64,000 nucleotides of DNA, from positions 4,163-68,162 of IMG/VR virus record IMGVR_UViG_3300028591_000199; one strand, 5' to 3'. Position numbers and translations under genes: made by a program. This document shows, in pieces, positions 1 to 10,206 of this stretch; position 1 is the first letter of the stretch; the number at the start of each line of letters is the position of its first letter. The DNA is from a virus. Under the pieces are notes generated by a model. It saw only the letters and a list, made by a program, of their open reading frames with translations. It searched no databases and had not been told where the DNA came from.

Positions 1-20
1 CTAAAAGCCTCTCCGAGTGA

Positions 21-284
21 TTGTGGAGAGCAAATATTTCTACAATTATTAAAGGAAAGGAACAAAGTATAATGGTTATTATTCGATATAATCTGAACAC
101 AGAAGGGTTTGAGGATATATATGAAAAATCTAAAATAATTAAAGAACAGCTAAATGATGAAGAAGTGCTCGTAATACCTCAAGACTGGGATATTCTATTT
201 AACTGTACAACCGCGGACCTGTATGCCATCAAAGAGCACATTGAACATTTAATTCATGAAAAAGAGTTATGTGAGGAATTTTAA
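21..284 (+). CDS. hypothetical protein (true start probably ATG ~72)
   Basis: ORF whose stop overlaps the recJ ATG (TAATG); AAAGGAA SD-like sequence before ATG 72. Confidence 0.55.
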   Translation: MWRANISTIIKGKEQSIMVIIRYNLNTEGFEDIYEKSKIIKEQLNDEEVLVIPQDWDILFNCTTADLYAIKEHIEHLIHEKELCEEF

Positions 285-2026
285 TGAAAATAAATCTATT
301 ACATACAAACCTTGGTCCACGCTATACAGAAGATTTACTGCTCGCGCGCGGTATTACTGATTTAGAAAAATTTTTAAACCCCGATGAATCGTGTCTTCAA
401 ACATATAAAGATTTATCTAATATAGATACAGCAGTTGATTGTCTGGCTCACTTGGCGCCCGATGCAAAAATTGCTTTAATCGTAGACTGCGATGTTGATG
501 GATATACATCTTCCGCAATTATATATCAATACTTAAAAGAATGGCAGCCAACTTGGAATATTACTCCTTACCTTCACGATGGCAAGGCGCACGGACTAGA
601 GGAACATTGGGAAGCAATTCAAGCCGAAGATTATCAATTAGTTTTGATTCCTGATGCGGGCAGTAATGACCATGCTTATGCAGAACAAATCCATTGCCCC
701 ATTATCATATTAGATCATCACTTAATGGATCAACCTGCTTCATCTAATATGATAGTCGTTAATAACCAGACTTCGCCCGCATATCAAAATAAAGATCTCT
801 CCGGCGCGGGAGTCGCCTTTCAATTCTGTCGGGCACTCGATGACGCGCGCGGAGAAAAGAAAGCAGAACAATATATAGATTTAGCTGCTTTAGGCGTATG
901 CGGTGATATGATGAGTGGACTACAAGTTGAAAACCAATATCTATGGAAGACTGGTTTTAAACACATTAATAACTACTTCTTTATGACTCTCGCGCGCAAG
1001 CAAGCATATTCCATAACTGGGAAAATGTATGCAAGCGATGATGACATTATCAAAGCATTGAACCCAACTTCAGTTGCATTTTATATCGTTCCACTTATAA
1101 ATGCAATGATACGCGTCGGTTCAGAAGACGAAAAGAAGCGTCTCTTCCAAGCACTCGTAGATGGACATTCTAAAGTCCCATGCCTCAAGCGCGGCGCGAA
1201 AGGTACATTTGAAGAAGTCGCAGTAGAATCCACCCGTGAGTGTGTAAATGCGCGTGCCCATCAAAATAAATTCAAAGATGATGCAGTTTTGAAACTTGAA
1301 CAGCGCATCTTTAAGTATGACTTATTAGAAAATACAATACTTTTCATTGAACTCGATGAAACTGATCGCTTCCCTTCAGAATTGAACGGCTTAATAGCGA
1401 TGCAACTCGCGCAGAAATACCAGCGTCCAACAATAGTGGCACGGCGCAATGATCAAAACTTTGTGCGTGGTTCAATTCGTGGACTTTCAAACTCTGCATT
1501 AACTTCCTTTAAGCATTATCTTGATAAAACTGGTTTATGTGAATATGTCCAAGGGCACGACAATGCAGCCGGTATTAGCATTGATGGTAACTTAGTAGAC
1601 TCGCTTATAAACCGCGCGAATGATGATTTGAAGGATTATAACTTCCTTGAAAGTCAATACGATGTCGAATTTGCACGCCAAGCACTTGATAATGACCTTA
1701 TAAAGTTAATTACAGATATTGCACAATATAAAGACCTCTGGGCGCAGCAAAATAGTGAGCCATTAATTTACATTAAAGACCTTCATTGTACTTGGAGTGA
1801 TATTCAAATTATGGGTAAAAACCATGATACAGTTAAAATTATGAAAAATGGCGTTGCTTATATGAAATTCTTTGCAAAAGATATGATTGCAGAATTAGAA
1901 CCACTTACAGATATTAAATTAGAAGTTGTGGGACGCGCCAATATGAATGAATGGAATGGCATTGTAACACCGCAAATTTTTATTGAAAATTACCAAATTA
2001 CAGAAGATAAATTAACAGACTTTTAA
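284..2026 (+). CDS. recJ: RecJ-like single-stranded DNA exonuclease (DHH family)
   Basis: Motifs DCDVDG, PDAG, LDHH, LSGAGV, DMM, RGSIRG, GHDNAAG. Confidence 0.92.
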   Translation: MKINLLHTNLGPRYTEDLLLARGITDLEKFLNPDESCLQTYKDLSNIDTAVDCLAHLAPDAKIALIVDCDVDGYTSSAIIYQYLKEWQPTWNITPYLHDGKAHGLEEHWEAIQAEDYQLVLIPDAGSNDHAYAEQIHCPIIILDHHLMDQPASSNMIVVNNQTSPAYQNKDLSGAGVAFQFCRALDDARGEKKAEQYIDLAALGVCGDMMSGLQVENQYLWKTGFKHINNYFFMTLARKQAYSITGKMYASDDDIIKALNPTSVAFYIVPLINAMIRVGSEDEKKRLFQALVDGHSKVPCLKRGAKGTFEEVAVESTRECVNARAHQNKFKDDAVLKLEQRIFKYDLLENTILFIELDETDRFPSELNGLIAMQLAQKYQRPTIVARRNDQNFVRGSIRGLSNSALTSFKHYLDKTGLCEYVQGHDNAAGISIDGNLVDSLINRANDDLKDYNFLESQYDVEFARQALDNDLIKLITDIAQYKDLWAQQNSEPLIYIKDLHCTWSDIQIMGKNHDTVKIMKNGVAYMKFFAKDMIAELEPLTDIKLEVVGRANMNEWNGIVTPQIFIENYQITEDKLTDF

Positions 2027-2039
2027 GCGAGGTAATTAA

Positions 2040-2585
2040 ATGAACCACGAACACGGATATAGCTATCCAATGGGAAAGCAAGAAATTACAGACTATCTCA
2101 AAGCGCGCTTGACACCAGATGCTTTAATTCTTGATGTTGGTCCAGGCGAAGGAACATATCGTAACTATTTAGGAACTTCTTATACTTGGGAAGCAGTTGA
2201 AATTTGGCATCCTACAGTAGAATTTCTAACAGGTAAATATAATACAATTTACGAACAAGACATTCGATCTTTTAATTATACAAAAGACTACGATTTAATT
2301 ATCTTTGGTGATATATTAGAACATCTCTCAATCTCCGACGCACAAGAAGTCCTACGTACCGCGCAAGAACACTCGCGCGTGATAATGGTCGCAGTCCCGT
2401 ATACTCTACCTCAACCACCTCTGCATGGAAATGAAGCAGAAAGACACCTCCAACCAGATTTAACTCCTGCTCTAATGACAGAACGCTATCCTTCATTAGA
2501 ACTCATCTTAATGGTGGGTAATCCTCAAAAGCCACTTTATGGCTATTATTATTGGGCTTACAATCCCGCGCTGGGTACTGCTTAA
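2040..2585 (+). CDS. class I SAM-dependent methyltransferase
   Basis: ILDVGPGEG motif I, acidic residue in AVEI, YDLIIFGDILEHL. Confidence 0.75.
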   Translation: MNHEHGYSYPMGKQEITDYLKARLTPDALILDVGPGEGTYRNYLGTSYTWEAVEIWHPTVEFLTGKYNTIYEQDIRSFNYTKDYDLIIFGDILEHLSISDAQEVLRTAQEHSRVIMVAVPYTLPQPPLHGNEAERHLQPDLTPALMTERYPSLELILMVGNPQKPLYGYYYWAYNPALGTA

Positions 2586-2589
2586 TCCT

Positions 2590-2628
2590 AATCCGTAACG
2601 AACCAAAAAATAATTCGTTACGGATTTT
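2590..2628 (+). terminator. intrinsic terminator
   Basis: AATCCGTAACGAA-loop-TTCGTTACGGATT followed by T-rich run. Confidence 0.8.
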
Positions 2629-2631
2629 AAT

Positions 2632-2660
2632 TTGAATTTTTGTGAAAAATGTGTTATAAT
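2632..2660 (+). promoter_or_regulatory. sigma-A-type promoter of dnaE
   Basis: TTGAAT-17 bp-TGtTATAAT, then AGAAAGGAG SD. Confidence 0.75.
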
Positions 2661-2691
2661 AATATAAAGAAAAATAAGAAAGGAGAAATAG

Positions 2692-5600
2692 ATGGAAAAA
2701 TTACAATATACTGGTAGCGTCCATAATCATACCGAGTATAGCAATCTACGTCTTCGTGACTGTATCATCAAACCCGAGTCACTAGTCCAGCGTGCGATTG
2801 AACTTCAGCATAAAGTAGTGGCATTTACAGACCATGAAACTGTTGCAAGTTGGATGAAAATTGAAAAGTTAATTGATAAATATCCTGACATTAAAATTTT
2901 GCGCGGGAATGAAATCTATCTCTGTCGAGATGGTCTTAATGCACAAAATTATAATCGAGAAACAGATAGATATTATCATTTTATTTTAATTGCTAAGGAC
3001 TTGATCGGTGCAAAGCAGATAATGGAAATTTCAACTCGTGCTTGGATGAGATCATACATGGCGCGCGGTATGCGCCGAGTCCCAACTTATTATAACGACT
3101 TAATTGAAGTTATTGGTGCGAATCCCGGACATGTAATTGGAAGTACAGCCTGTTTAGGTGGTTGTCTGCCTACTCAGATTCTTAAACTGCGTAATCAAAC
3201 TAACAATAATTTACTTCAAAGAATTATCAAATGGTTTACACAGATGAATGAGATATTTGGTCAAGATAATTTCTATTTTGAACTTCAACCATCTCATAAT
3301 TCTGAGCAAATCTATGTTAATCGAAAACTTATAGAATTTAGTGTAGGGTGGAATATCCCATATATAATTACAACTGACTCTCATTATCTCAAAAAAGAAG
3401 ATAGAGAAATTCATAAAGCATATCTAAACGCGCAAAATGGCGACCGCGAAGTTGATGAATTTTATGCAACTACATATATGATGGGTACAGAAGAACTTGA
3501 ATCATATCTTCAGTTGACAGATGAAGAACTTCAAACTGCATATCAAAATATTCAAACTCTTGCAGATAGTTGTGAGCCATTTACACTTGCAAAACCACTT
3601 CGTATTCCTAACCTTAAATGGCGCGAAGTAATATCTTATTATAGTTCTTATCCAGAGTGGTTTGAACGTATACCGATGTTAAAGACATTTCTTGAGTCTC
3701 CTCATAAGGCAGATAGATATCTTGTTAATGCAGTTATAGATGGTATTATGCGGCATCCTGACCTCCAAGATGAGCAGATGTATGCAGAAATCAATAAAAA
3801 TCTTGAAATGACTTGGGTATCTTCAGAAGTTAATAATGCAAGATGGAGTGCTTATTATTTAAATCTCCAACAAATCATAGATCTTTGTTGGGAAGCCGGT
3901 TCATTAGTTGGACCGGGACGCGGTTCGGGTGTTGGATTTATATTACTCTATGTACTTGATATTACACAGATCAATCCCCTGCGAGAAAAGACTCGCACGT
4001 TCCCATGGAGGTTTCTTAATCCAGACCGTGTGTCAGTCCTCGATGTTGATTTTGATATAGAAGGCGCGCGACGTGCAGATGTACTTGCGAAATTTAGAGA
4101 ATTCTATGGAAGTGATAGAGTAGCAAATGTTGCGACATTCCGAACTGAACAATCTAAAGCCGCAATCCTTACAGCCGCGCGAGGTCTAGGAATTGATGTA
4201 GACATCGCGCAATATATAGCCAGTCTTGTTCCAGCAGACCGAGGCAAATATCGTACTCTTGATCAATGTATGTATGGAGATAAAGATAATGACTGGGCGC
4301 CGATACGTCAATTTCAAATTGAAATGGAACAGAACTATCCCGAACTTTGGCGAGTCGCGCACAGTATCGAAGGTTTAATTTGTGGTAGTGGCATCCACGC
4401 TGGCGGAGTTATCTTTGTAGATGAACCTTTTACAGAATCTACTGCTCTTATGCGCGCGCCTGATGGTACAATTTGTACGGCATTTGAACTCCACGATTCG
4501 GAAGCGGCAAGCTTGATTAAATATGATGCTTTGTCAGTTGAAGCGATGGATAAAATTCATATTTGTATAGATTTATTATGTGAATATGGATATGTAGAAC
4601 GTGAACGTACATTAAAAGAGACATATGAAAATCTTATAGGTATTTATAATATAGAACGTGATAATCCTAAAATGTGGGAAATGGTTTGGAATCACGAGAT
4701 TAATTCTCTCTTCCAAATGGAACAACAATCAGGTATTCAAGGAATTGCAACACTTCATCCAACATCTGTTGATGATTTAGCTATTCTCAATTCAACAATC
4801 CGTCTAATGGCGCAAGAAAAAGGTGGTGAAATGCCGACTGAGAAGCTCGCGCGCTTCAAAGCAGACCCCTCACAATGGATTAAGGAAATGGAACAATATG
4901 GATTAGGCGAAACAGAACGTAAAATTCTCGCGCCAGTTCTTTCCATGTCTTATGGGTTGTGTATCGCGCAAGAGCAATTTATGGAGTTGGTTCAACTACC
5001 AGAGCTTGGAGGCTTTTCTCTAACGTGGGCAGATAAATTGCGTAAGTCTATTGCAAAGAAGAACCCTAAAGAGTATGAAGCGTTGACACAAGAATTTTAT
5101 GAAACTACATCAAAAAAAGGTATAAATCAGCGATTTGCTCATTATGTTTGGGATAAATTGATCGCTATGTCCCGTGGGTATGGCTTCAATCAATCGCATA
5201 CCCTCGCATATAGTCTAATTGCCTTACAAGAAATGAATTTAGCATACCATTATCCCATTATCTTTTGGAACTGTGCTTGTTTAATTAGCGATGCAGGCAG
5301 CGCAGATGAAGAAGAAATTGATGAAGAAGCCGAAGAAGAAACAAAAATTGAAGAATCATATTCTAATGAAATGGAAGAATTTGGAGAAGATGATGAAGCA
5401 GAATCGTCTTATGATGAAGATGAAGATTGTGATGGCTATCCCGCAGAAGTAATCAAAACAACAGATGGCAAGAAAAAGAAAAAGACAAAAACCACAAACT
5501 ACGGTAAGGTCGCGGCGGCAATAGGCAAAATTAAAAGCACTGGCGTCATAGTAATCCCACCAGATATTAATACTTCCACCTTCACTTTTTCTCCAGATAT

Positions 5601-6699
5601 AGAATCTAATGCAATTAGATATGGACTTAGTGGTATCACGCGTATTGGAGATGAACTCATAAAATCTATTATTGCAAACCGTCCCTATACAGGATGGGAA
5701 GATTTCCTTCAAAAAGTAAAACTAAACAAGCCACAAATGGTGAATCTCATCAAAGCGGGCGCGTTTGACCAATTTGGAGATCGTGTTGCAATAATGCATG
5801 AGTATATTAACTTAATTAGTGACGCAAAAAAGCGCGTTACTCTTCAAAATATGAAGATGTTAATAGACTTCCAACTTTTACCTGAAGAGTTAGACTTCCA
5901 GTGTCGTGTCTATAACTTTAACAAATATCTTAAAAAGTTTAAGGAAGGTATATATTATGGGTTGGATACCGTGGCTTATAATTTCTATAGTAATAATTTC
6001 GATATTGATCTTCTTGTGGAATCCCAAGAATCCGAAAGCAAAATGAAAATTCTACAAACACGTTGGGACAAAATTTATCAAGCGCAAATGGATAAAGTGC
6101 GTCCCTATGTGAAAAAACATAATGTAGAATTATTACAGCAAATTAACAACCGACTTACTCAAGATATGTGGAATAAATATTGCCAAGGCTCAATTTCTAA
6201 ATGGGAAATGGAAGCAATCTCATGCTACATACATCCGCATGAATTAATTGAAGTTGATCCTGAACAATTTGGAGGAGACTACTTTAAGTCTTTATCTCCA
6301 ACTCCCGAAATTGAAAGATATATCCCTATTCGAGGAAAGTTAATTCCTATCTTAAAGCTTTCTCGTATTATTGGTACAGTTCTTGACAGAAATAAAAGTA
6401 AACATACAGTTACTTTACTTACAACTGATGGAGTTGTGACTGTAAAGATTTATGGTGCAGTATATGCAATATATGATAAGCGTCTTTCCGCGCGCGGCGC
6501 TGACGGAAAGAAACACGTAATTCGTAATAGTGAATTTTCACGCGGTAATAAAATTATAGTAACTGGTGTACGTGATGGAGATAACGAGTTCCGCGCGAAG
6601 AAATATAAAAATACTCCATATCATCTTGTAGAGACAGTTAGTTCTGTTGATGAACAAGGAAATATTACAATAGATAATCGTAATGACGAGGAAGAGTAA
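2692..6699 (+). CDS. dnaE: DNA polymerase III alpha subunit (family C) with PHP domain
   Basis: HNHTEYS/TDH/DSH PHP motifs, GPGRGSG, FLNPDRVSVLDVDFD, GIHAGGV, KYDAL, YGFNQSH. Confidence 0.95.
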   Translation: MEKLQYTGSVHNHTEYSNLRLRDCIIKPESLVQRAIELQHKVVAFTDHETVASWMKIEKLIDKYPDIKILRGNEIYLCRDGLNAQNYNRETDRYYHFILIAKDLIGAKQIMEISTRAWMRSYMARGMRRVPTYYNDLIEVIGANPGHVIGSTACLGGCLPTQILKLRNQTNNNLLQRIIKWFTQMNEIFGQDNFYFELQPSHNSEQIYVNRKLIEFSVGWNIPYIITTDSHYLKKEDREIHKAYLNAQNGDREVDEFYATTYMMGTEELESYLQLTDEELQTAYQNIQTLADSCEPFTLAKPLRIPNLKWREVISYYSSYPEWFERIPMLKTFLESPHKADRYLVNAVIDGIMRHPDLQDEQMYAEINKNLEMTWVSSEVNNARWSAYYLNLQQIIDLCWEAGSLVGPGRGSGVGFILLYVLDITQINPLREKTRTFPWRFLNPDRVSVLDVDFDIEGARRADVLAKFREFYGSDRVANVATFRTEQSKAAILTAARGLGIDVDIAQYIASLVPADRGKYRTLDQCMYGDKDNDWAPIRQFQIEMEQNYPELWRVAHSIEGLICGSGIHAGGVIFVDEPFTESTALMRAPDGTICTAFELHDSEAASLIKYDALSVEAMDKIHICIDLLCEYGYVERERTLKETYENLIGIYNIERDNPKMWEMVWNHEINSLFQMEQQSGIQGIATLHPTSVDDLAILNSTIRLMAQEKGGEMPTEKLARFKADPSQWIKEMEQYGLGETERKILAPVLSMSYGLCIAQEQFMELVQLPELGGFSLTWADKLRKSIAKKNPKEYEALTQEFYETTSKKGINQRFAHYVWDKLIAMSRGYGFNQSHTLAYSLIALQEMNLAYHYPIIFWNCACLISDAGSADEEEIDEEAEEETKIEESYSNEMEEFGEDDEAESSYDEDEDCDGYPAEVIKTTDGKKKKKTKTTNYGKVAAAIGKIKSTGVIVIPPDINTSTFTFSPDIESNAIRYGLSGITRIGDELIKSIIANRPYTGWEDFLQKVKLNKPQMVNLIKAGAFDQFGDRVAIMHEYINLISDAKKRVTLQNMKMLIDFQLLPEELDFQCRVYNFNKYLKKFKEGIYYGLDTVAYNFYSNNFDIDLLVESQESESKMKILQTRWDKIYQAQMDKVRPYVKKHNVELLQQINNRLTQDMWNKYCQGSISKWEMEAISCYIHPHELIEVDPEQFGGDYFKSLSPTPEIERYIPIRGKLIPILKLSRIIGTVLDRNKSKHTVTLLTTDGVVTVKIYGAVYAIYDKRLSARGADGKKHVIRNSEFSRGNKIIVTGVRDGDNEFRAKKYKNTPYHLVETVSSVDEQGNITIDNRNDEEE

Positions 6700-7841
6700 T
6701 GGCGACAATCGGAATTTTTGATTGGGATTTTTTAAACTATCAACACGTAATTCCCAATCTTGAATGTGCAAAACTATATACATATTTTCACAATCATCAC
6801 GAAATTGCCGTATTAACGCCAACATTAAATCCCGCGCCATATACAAAATTTTTTGTGCGAAAAGAGTATGATGATGGACAATATCCTTCAACTCTTTTCG
6901 CACCTAATTGCGAATATGGCGGGCGAGCCTTTACACCATTACATTATCAACCTCTCGCACCGGATATTGAAAAAACAATTCCTTTTTTCTATCCTTATCA
7001 AAAATATACAGATCATTTTGGTAGTACAAAATTTGATAAAGCACAAATTCGACATATTTTAAACTGCGCGCACATTCGTCTTTCAACAGATGAGCAAAAA
7101 CCAAAATCACTTAATCAATTATTGCGTATTACAAATACAGGACGATATACAGGCATCATATTTCATGACTATGACCTCGCGCGCATCGAAGGAGCCTATG
7201 ATATTATTTATAATCTAAGCCATACTCGATTTTTCAAAACTAAAGCTGGAGTTAATCCATATGCGATAGGGAATAAATTTCCAATTCAAGTTAACAACCC
7301 AACTGAATTAGAAAAATGGTTAAAAATTATTGCTATGCCAAATTTATTCTGCTTACAGTATAATGGTTTAATGGAAGACCACATCCTATATGCTTTATGT
7401 ACAGAAAATACAAAAATGGCACGCCAAGTTTATTATAATATCACCGCATCCTGTTCCGATGAGAACCATTTTTTCTTTGAAATGTTACCTCAAATTTTTC
7501 TTCAGGTTTTATTTCTGCGAAGAATGGGTATAAAAATTTTACTTAAATATGATGAGCAAAAAATAATCACGCCCGCGTTACAATATTTGCTAGATCTCAT
7601 AAATAGTTGGTTACGATTTACATATTACGAAGAATCCCGCCATGTCCAAAGTCTATATGAATTTTGTACTGCTACTAAAAAGAAAATAGCATACCAAGAT
7701 TGGCGCTTTAGAAATGTCAGTGTTTCTATTGATCAGATGAGAGATGCATTTCAATATGTACGTGAACGCAATTATGATTTGTTTAAACTATTCTATGAAA
7801 TAGATACAGTATCTTATAAAGGAGGACATTTTGTACAATGA
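6699..7841 (+). CDS. hypothetical protein; N-terminus resembles phage radical-SAM-associated proteins but CxxxCxxC is absent
   Basis: IGIFDWD...PNLECAKL...YGGRAF pattern; translationally coupled to dnaE (TAATG). Confidence 0.45.
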   Translation: MATIGIFDWDFLNYQHVIPNLECAKLYTYFHNHHEIAVLTPTLNPAPYTKFFVRKEYDDGQYPSTLFAPNCEYGGRAFTPLHYQPLAPDIEKTIPFFYPYQKYTDHFGSTKFDKAQIRHILNCAHIRLSTDEQKPKSLNQLLRITNTGRYTGIIFHDYDLARIEGAYDIIYNLSHTRFFKTKAGVNPYAIGNKFPIQVNNPTELEKWLKIIAMPNLFCLQYNGLMEDHILYALCTENTKMARQVYYNITASCSDENHFFFEMLPQIFLQVLFLRRMGIKILLKYDEQKIITPALQYLLDLINSWLRFTYYEESRHVQSLYEFCTATKKKIAYQDWRFRNVSVSIDQMRDAFQYVRERNYDLFKLFYEIDTVSYKGGHFVQ

Positions 7842-8032
7842 CTGGAGAAGAAATCAGAATAGCAATAGCTAAAAATGATGAAATTATTGAAAAGTCTGTA
7901 ACAAATACTTTTGTACTTAATAAGCGCGCGAGAGAAGCCCTACAAGCAAATGCAAAATTACGCAGTATCTGCCCGCATCAGTACAACAATAATATCTGTA
8001 TCTACTGTAATAAGGAGAAATCAGCAGAATAA
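7838..8032 (+). CDS. small hypothetical protein with C-terminal CPH..CIYC
   Basis: Coupled ORF (ATGA overlap), AAAGGAGG SD. Confidence 0.6.
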   Translation: MTGEEIRIAIAKNDEIIEKSVTNTFVLNKRAREALQANAKLRSICPHQYNNNICIYCNKEKSAE

Positions 8033-8247
8033 TGGAAATTATACTTTATTCAACTCATTGCCCTAAATGTAAGGTTTTAACCTTAAAATTAGACAAAAAA
8101 CATATACCTTATACAGTAGAGACTAGCGTAGATAAAATGCTTGCGCTAGGTTTAAAGACCGCACCCGCTTTATCTGTTGATGGCACGATAATGCCATTTG
8201 CAGAAGCTAATGCTTGGGTAAATAATCAAAAAGATTGGGAGAACTAA
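8032..8247 (+). CDS. nrdH: glutaredoxin-like NrdH redoxin
   Basis: LYSTHCPKC (CxxC), TAP-L-VDG; directly upstream of nrdD. Confidence 0.8.
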   Translation: MEIILYSTHCPKCKVLTLKLDKKHIPYTVETSVDKMLALGLKTAPALSVDGTIMPFAEANAWVNNQKDWEN

Positions 8248-9279
8248 TGGCGACTATTAATATTCGGCTTAATAAAAATTTTACTTCTCAATATAATAAA
8301 TTACAAAATGAGTATGGAGAAGAATTTGCTCGTCTAAATGGATTCGCAGATGAACAACTTAGCTACACAGATTTCATTCAAAACTTCATTGGTTCTGAAA
8401 CAGTAGCAGATGCTTCAGTTGATGGCAATGCTAATGTAGGAACAAAAGATATGCGTACCCTTATGAATGAAATGCCCAAGGCGCATAGAAAACTATTAGC
8501 ATTTCATAAGATTTATTATGAACTTAATAAAAAATACGGTTTTAAAATTGCAAATCAATGGTTAGAAGCAGAATGGACAAAGGCACTCTACATGCATGAT
8601 GCAGATACATCTACTTATATCCATTATTGTTTTGCATATGATTTAAAAGACCTTGCAGAAAAAGGTCTATTTTTCCTTGAACGATTTAATGCAGAGCCCC
8701 CGCAACATCTGGCAACTTTTGTAGATTTTGTAAAAGAATATATCAGCTATGCAGCAAATAGATCTTCTGGTGCAGTCGGGCTTCCAAATTTAATTCCTTA
8801 TATGTATTATTTTTGGAAAAAGGATTGTGATACTGGATATGCAACTAAATCTCCTGACTATTACGCGCGCCAGCAAATTCAAAGATTTATTTATGCTGTT
8901 AATCAGCCATATGTGCGTGACGGTATGCAAAGTGCTTTTACAAATGTAAGCGTATACGATAGCGAATATCTTGATGCTTTATTTGGTGGTGCAGAATTTC
9001 CTGATGGTAGTTTTATGATTGATGCGCTTGATGAAATTAAAGAGTTTCAGAAACTTTTTATGGAAGTAGTGGCTGATATCCGTACGCACAATATGTTTAC
9101 CTTCCCGGTATTGACGATATCGCTATTATACCAAGATGGACATTTCGTTGATGAAGAATTTGCACGCTGGGGCATTGCACATAATATGAAATGGAACGAT
9201 TCAAATCTCTTTATTGATGATAGTGTGACAAGTCTATCAAATTGCTGCCGTCTAAAATCTAATATTGATGATCTAGGGT
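8247..9279 (+). CDS. nrdD: anaerobic (class III) ribonucleotide reductase, exon 1
   Basis: YMHD, HYCF, SGAVG, QSAFTN, FTFPV, SNCCRL; no ATP cone; frame interrupted after GGG T. Confidence 0.9.
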
Positions 9280-10206
9280 AAACTTAAAATGCCCGATAAC
9301 TTATTTACCTACGAATCGGTAGGGGTACGAAGTAAAAACGTGCTAACGAGGAAAGCTAAACCAATATGGCAAGCTAATCTCGTGGAAGGAGAATTGGTAT
9401 GAAAGCAATTTATAAAATTACGAATAAATTAAATAATAAATGTTACATTGGACAATCCAATAATCCAATGCAGCGATGGAAACAACATAAATGGAGAGCA
9501 TTAAATGCACTCGACAAAGGAAAATCAGCTATTCATGATGCTCTTAGAGAAGTTGGTATAGAAAATTTTGATTTTTCAATAATTGGATGGTTTGAAGACT
9601 ATAATGAAAAAGAAAAATATTATATAGCCTATTATAATTCCTTAATTCCTAATGGATATAATATTATGCCTGGTGGAGAAGAGCCACCGCACAAATATGG
9701 TGAAGAACATCCTAATTCAATTTATTCTCAAGAATTAATTGATAAAATTATTGATGATTTAGTTTCACATAAATATACTCAAAAAGAAATTCAAGATAAA
9801 TATGGTATTAAGCAAATTCTTGTCACATCTATTAATCGTGGAGTAACACATCGACGAGAAGGACTTGAATATCCAATTATAAAAACTAGCAAATATCATT
9901 GTTCAGATGAAGAATTTGAACAAATAATATATTTATTAAAAAATTCAAAATGTACTTGCGCCGAAATTGGACAGTATTTTGGTTTTAGTAGTTCTACAAT
10001 TAAAGCTATTAATGCTGGGCGCAATCATCATATGGATAATTTAACTTATCCAATTCGTAATTTTAGGGGAAAGGCTAATTCTCAGTCTGTAGAGGCCATC
10101 CTCGCCAAGAGGAGTACAGAGACTATTGATACGTCTTTGGAAATGTAAGTTTGCGCGAAAGCGTATAAGAAATGGTCCAAGCCGTATGAAAATACGGATT
10201 AACTTG
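9280..10206 (+). ncRNA. group I self-splicing intron (IA-like) in nrdD
   Basis: P1 GGGU/GCCC with U.G at the 5' splice site; P10 TTAAAAT/ATTTTAA; P3 ACTTAT/GTAAGT; P4 ACGAG/CTCGT; P7 GGCCAT/ATGGTC; P8 TGCGC-GAAA-GCGTA; P9 CCGTAT-GAAA-ATACGG; terminal G10206; splicing restores LG-Y-FNSVGG. Confidence 0.92.
9399..10148 (+). CDS. intron-encoded GIY-YIG homing endonuclease
   Basis: AIYKITN..KCYIGQS, conserved R, E and GYN; C-terminal HTH-like repeats; lies inside the intron. Confidence 0.9.
   Translation: MKAIYKITNKLNNKCYIGQSNNPMQRWKQHKWRALNALDKGKSAIHDALREVGIENFDFSIIGWFEDYNEKEKYYIAYYNSLIPNGYNIMPGGEEPPHKYGEEHPNSIYSQELIDKIIDDLVSHKYTQKEIQDKYGIKQILVTSINRGVTHRREGLEYPIIKTSKYHCSDEEFEQIIYLLKNSKCTCAEIGQYFGFSSSTIKAINAGRNHHMDNLTYPIRNFRGKANSQSVEAILAKRSTETIDTSLEM

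Noticed and set aside
2692-6699. Intein in DnaE or TerL
   Set aside because: No C/S...HN-C/S/T splice motifs or LAGLIDADG blocks; the extra DnaE length is a low-complexity loop.
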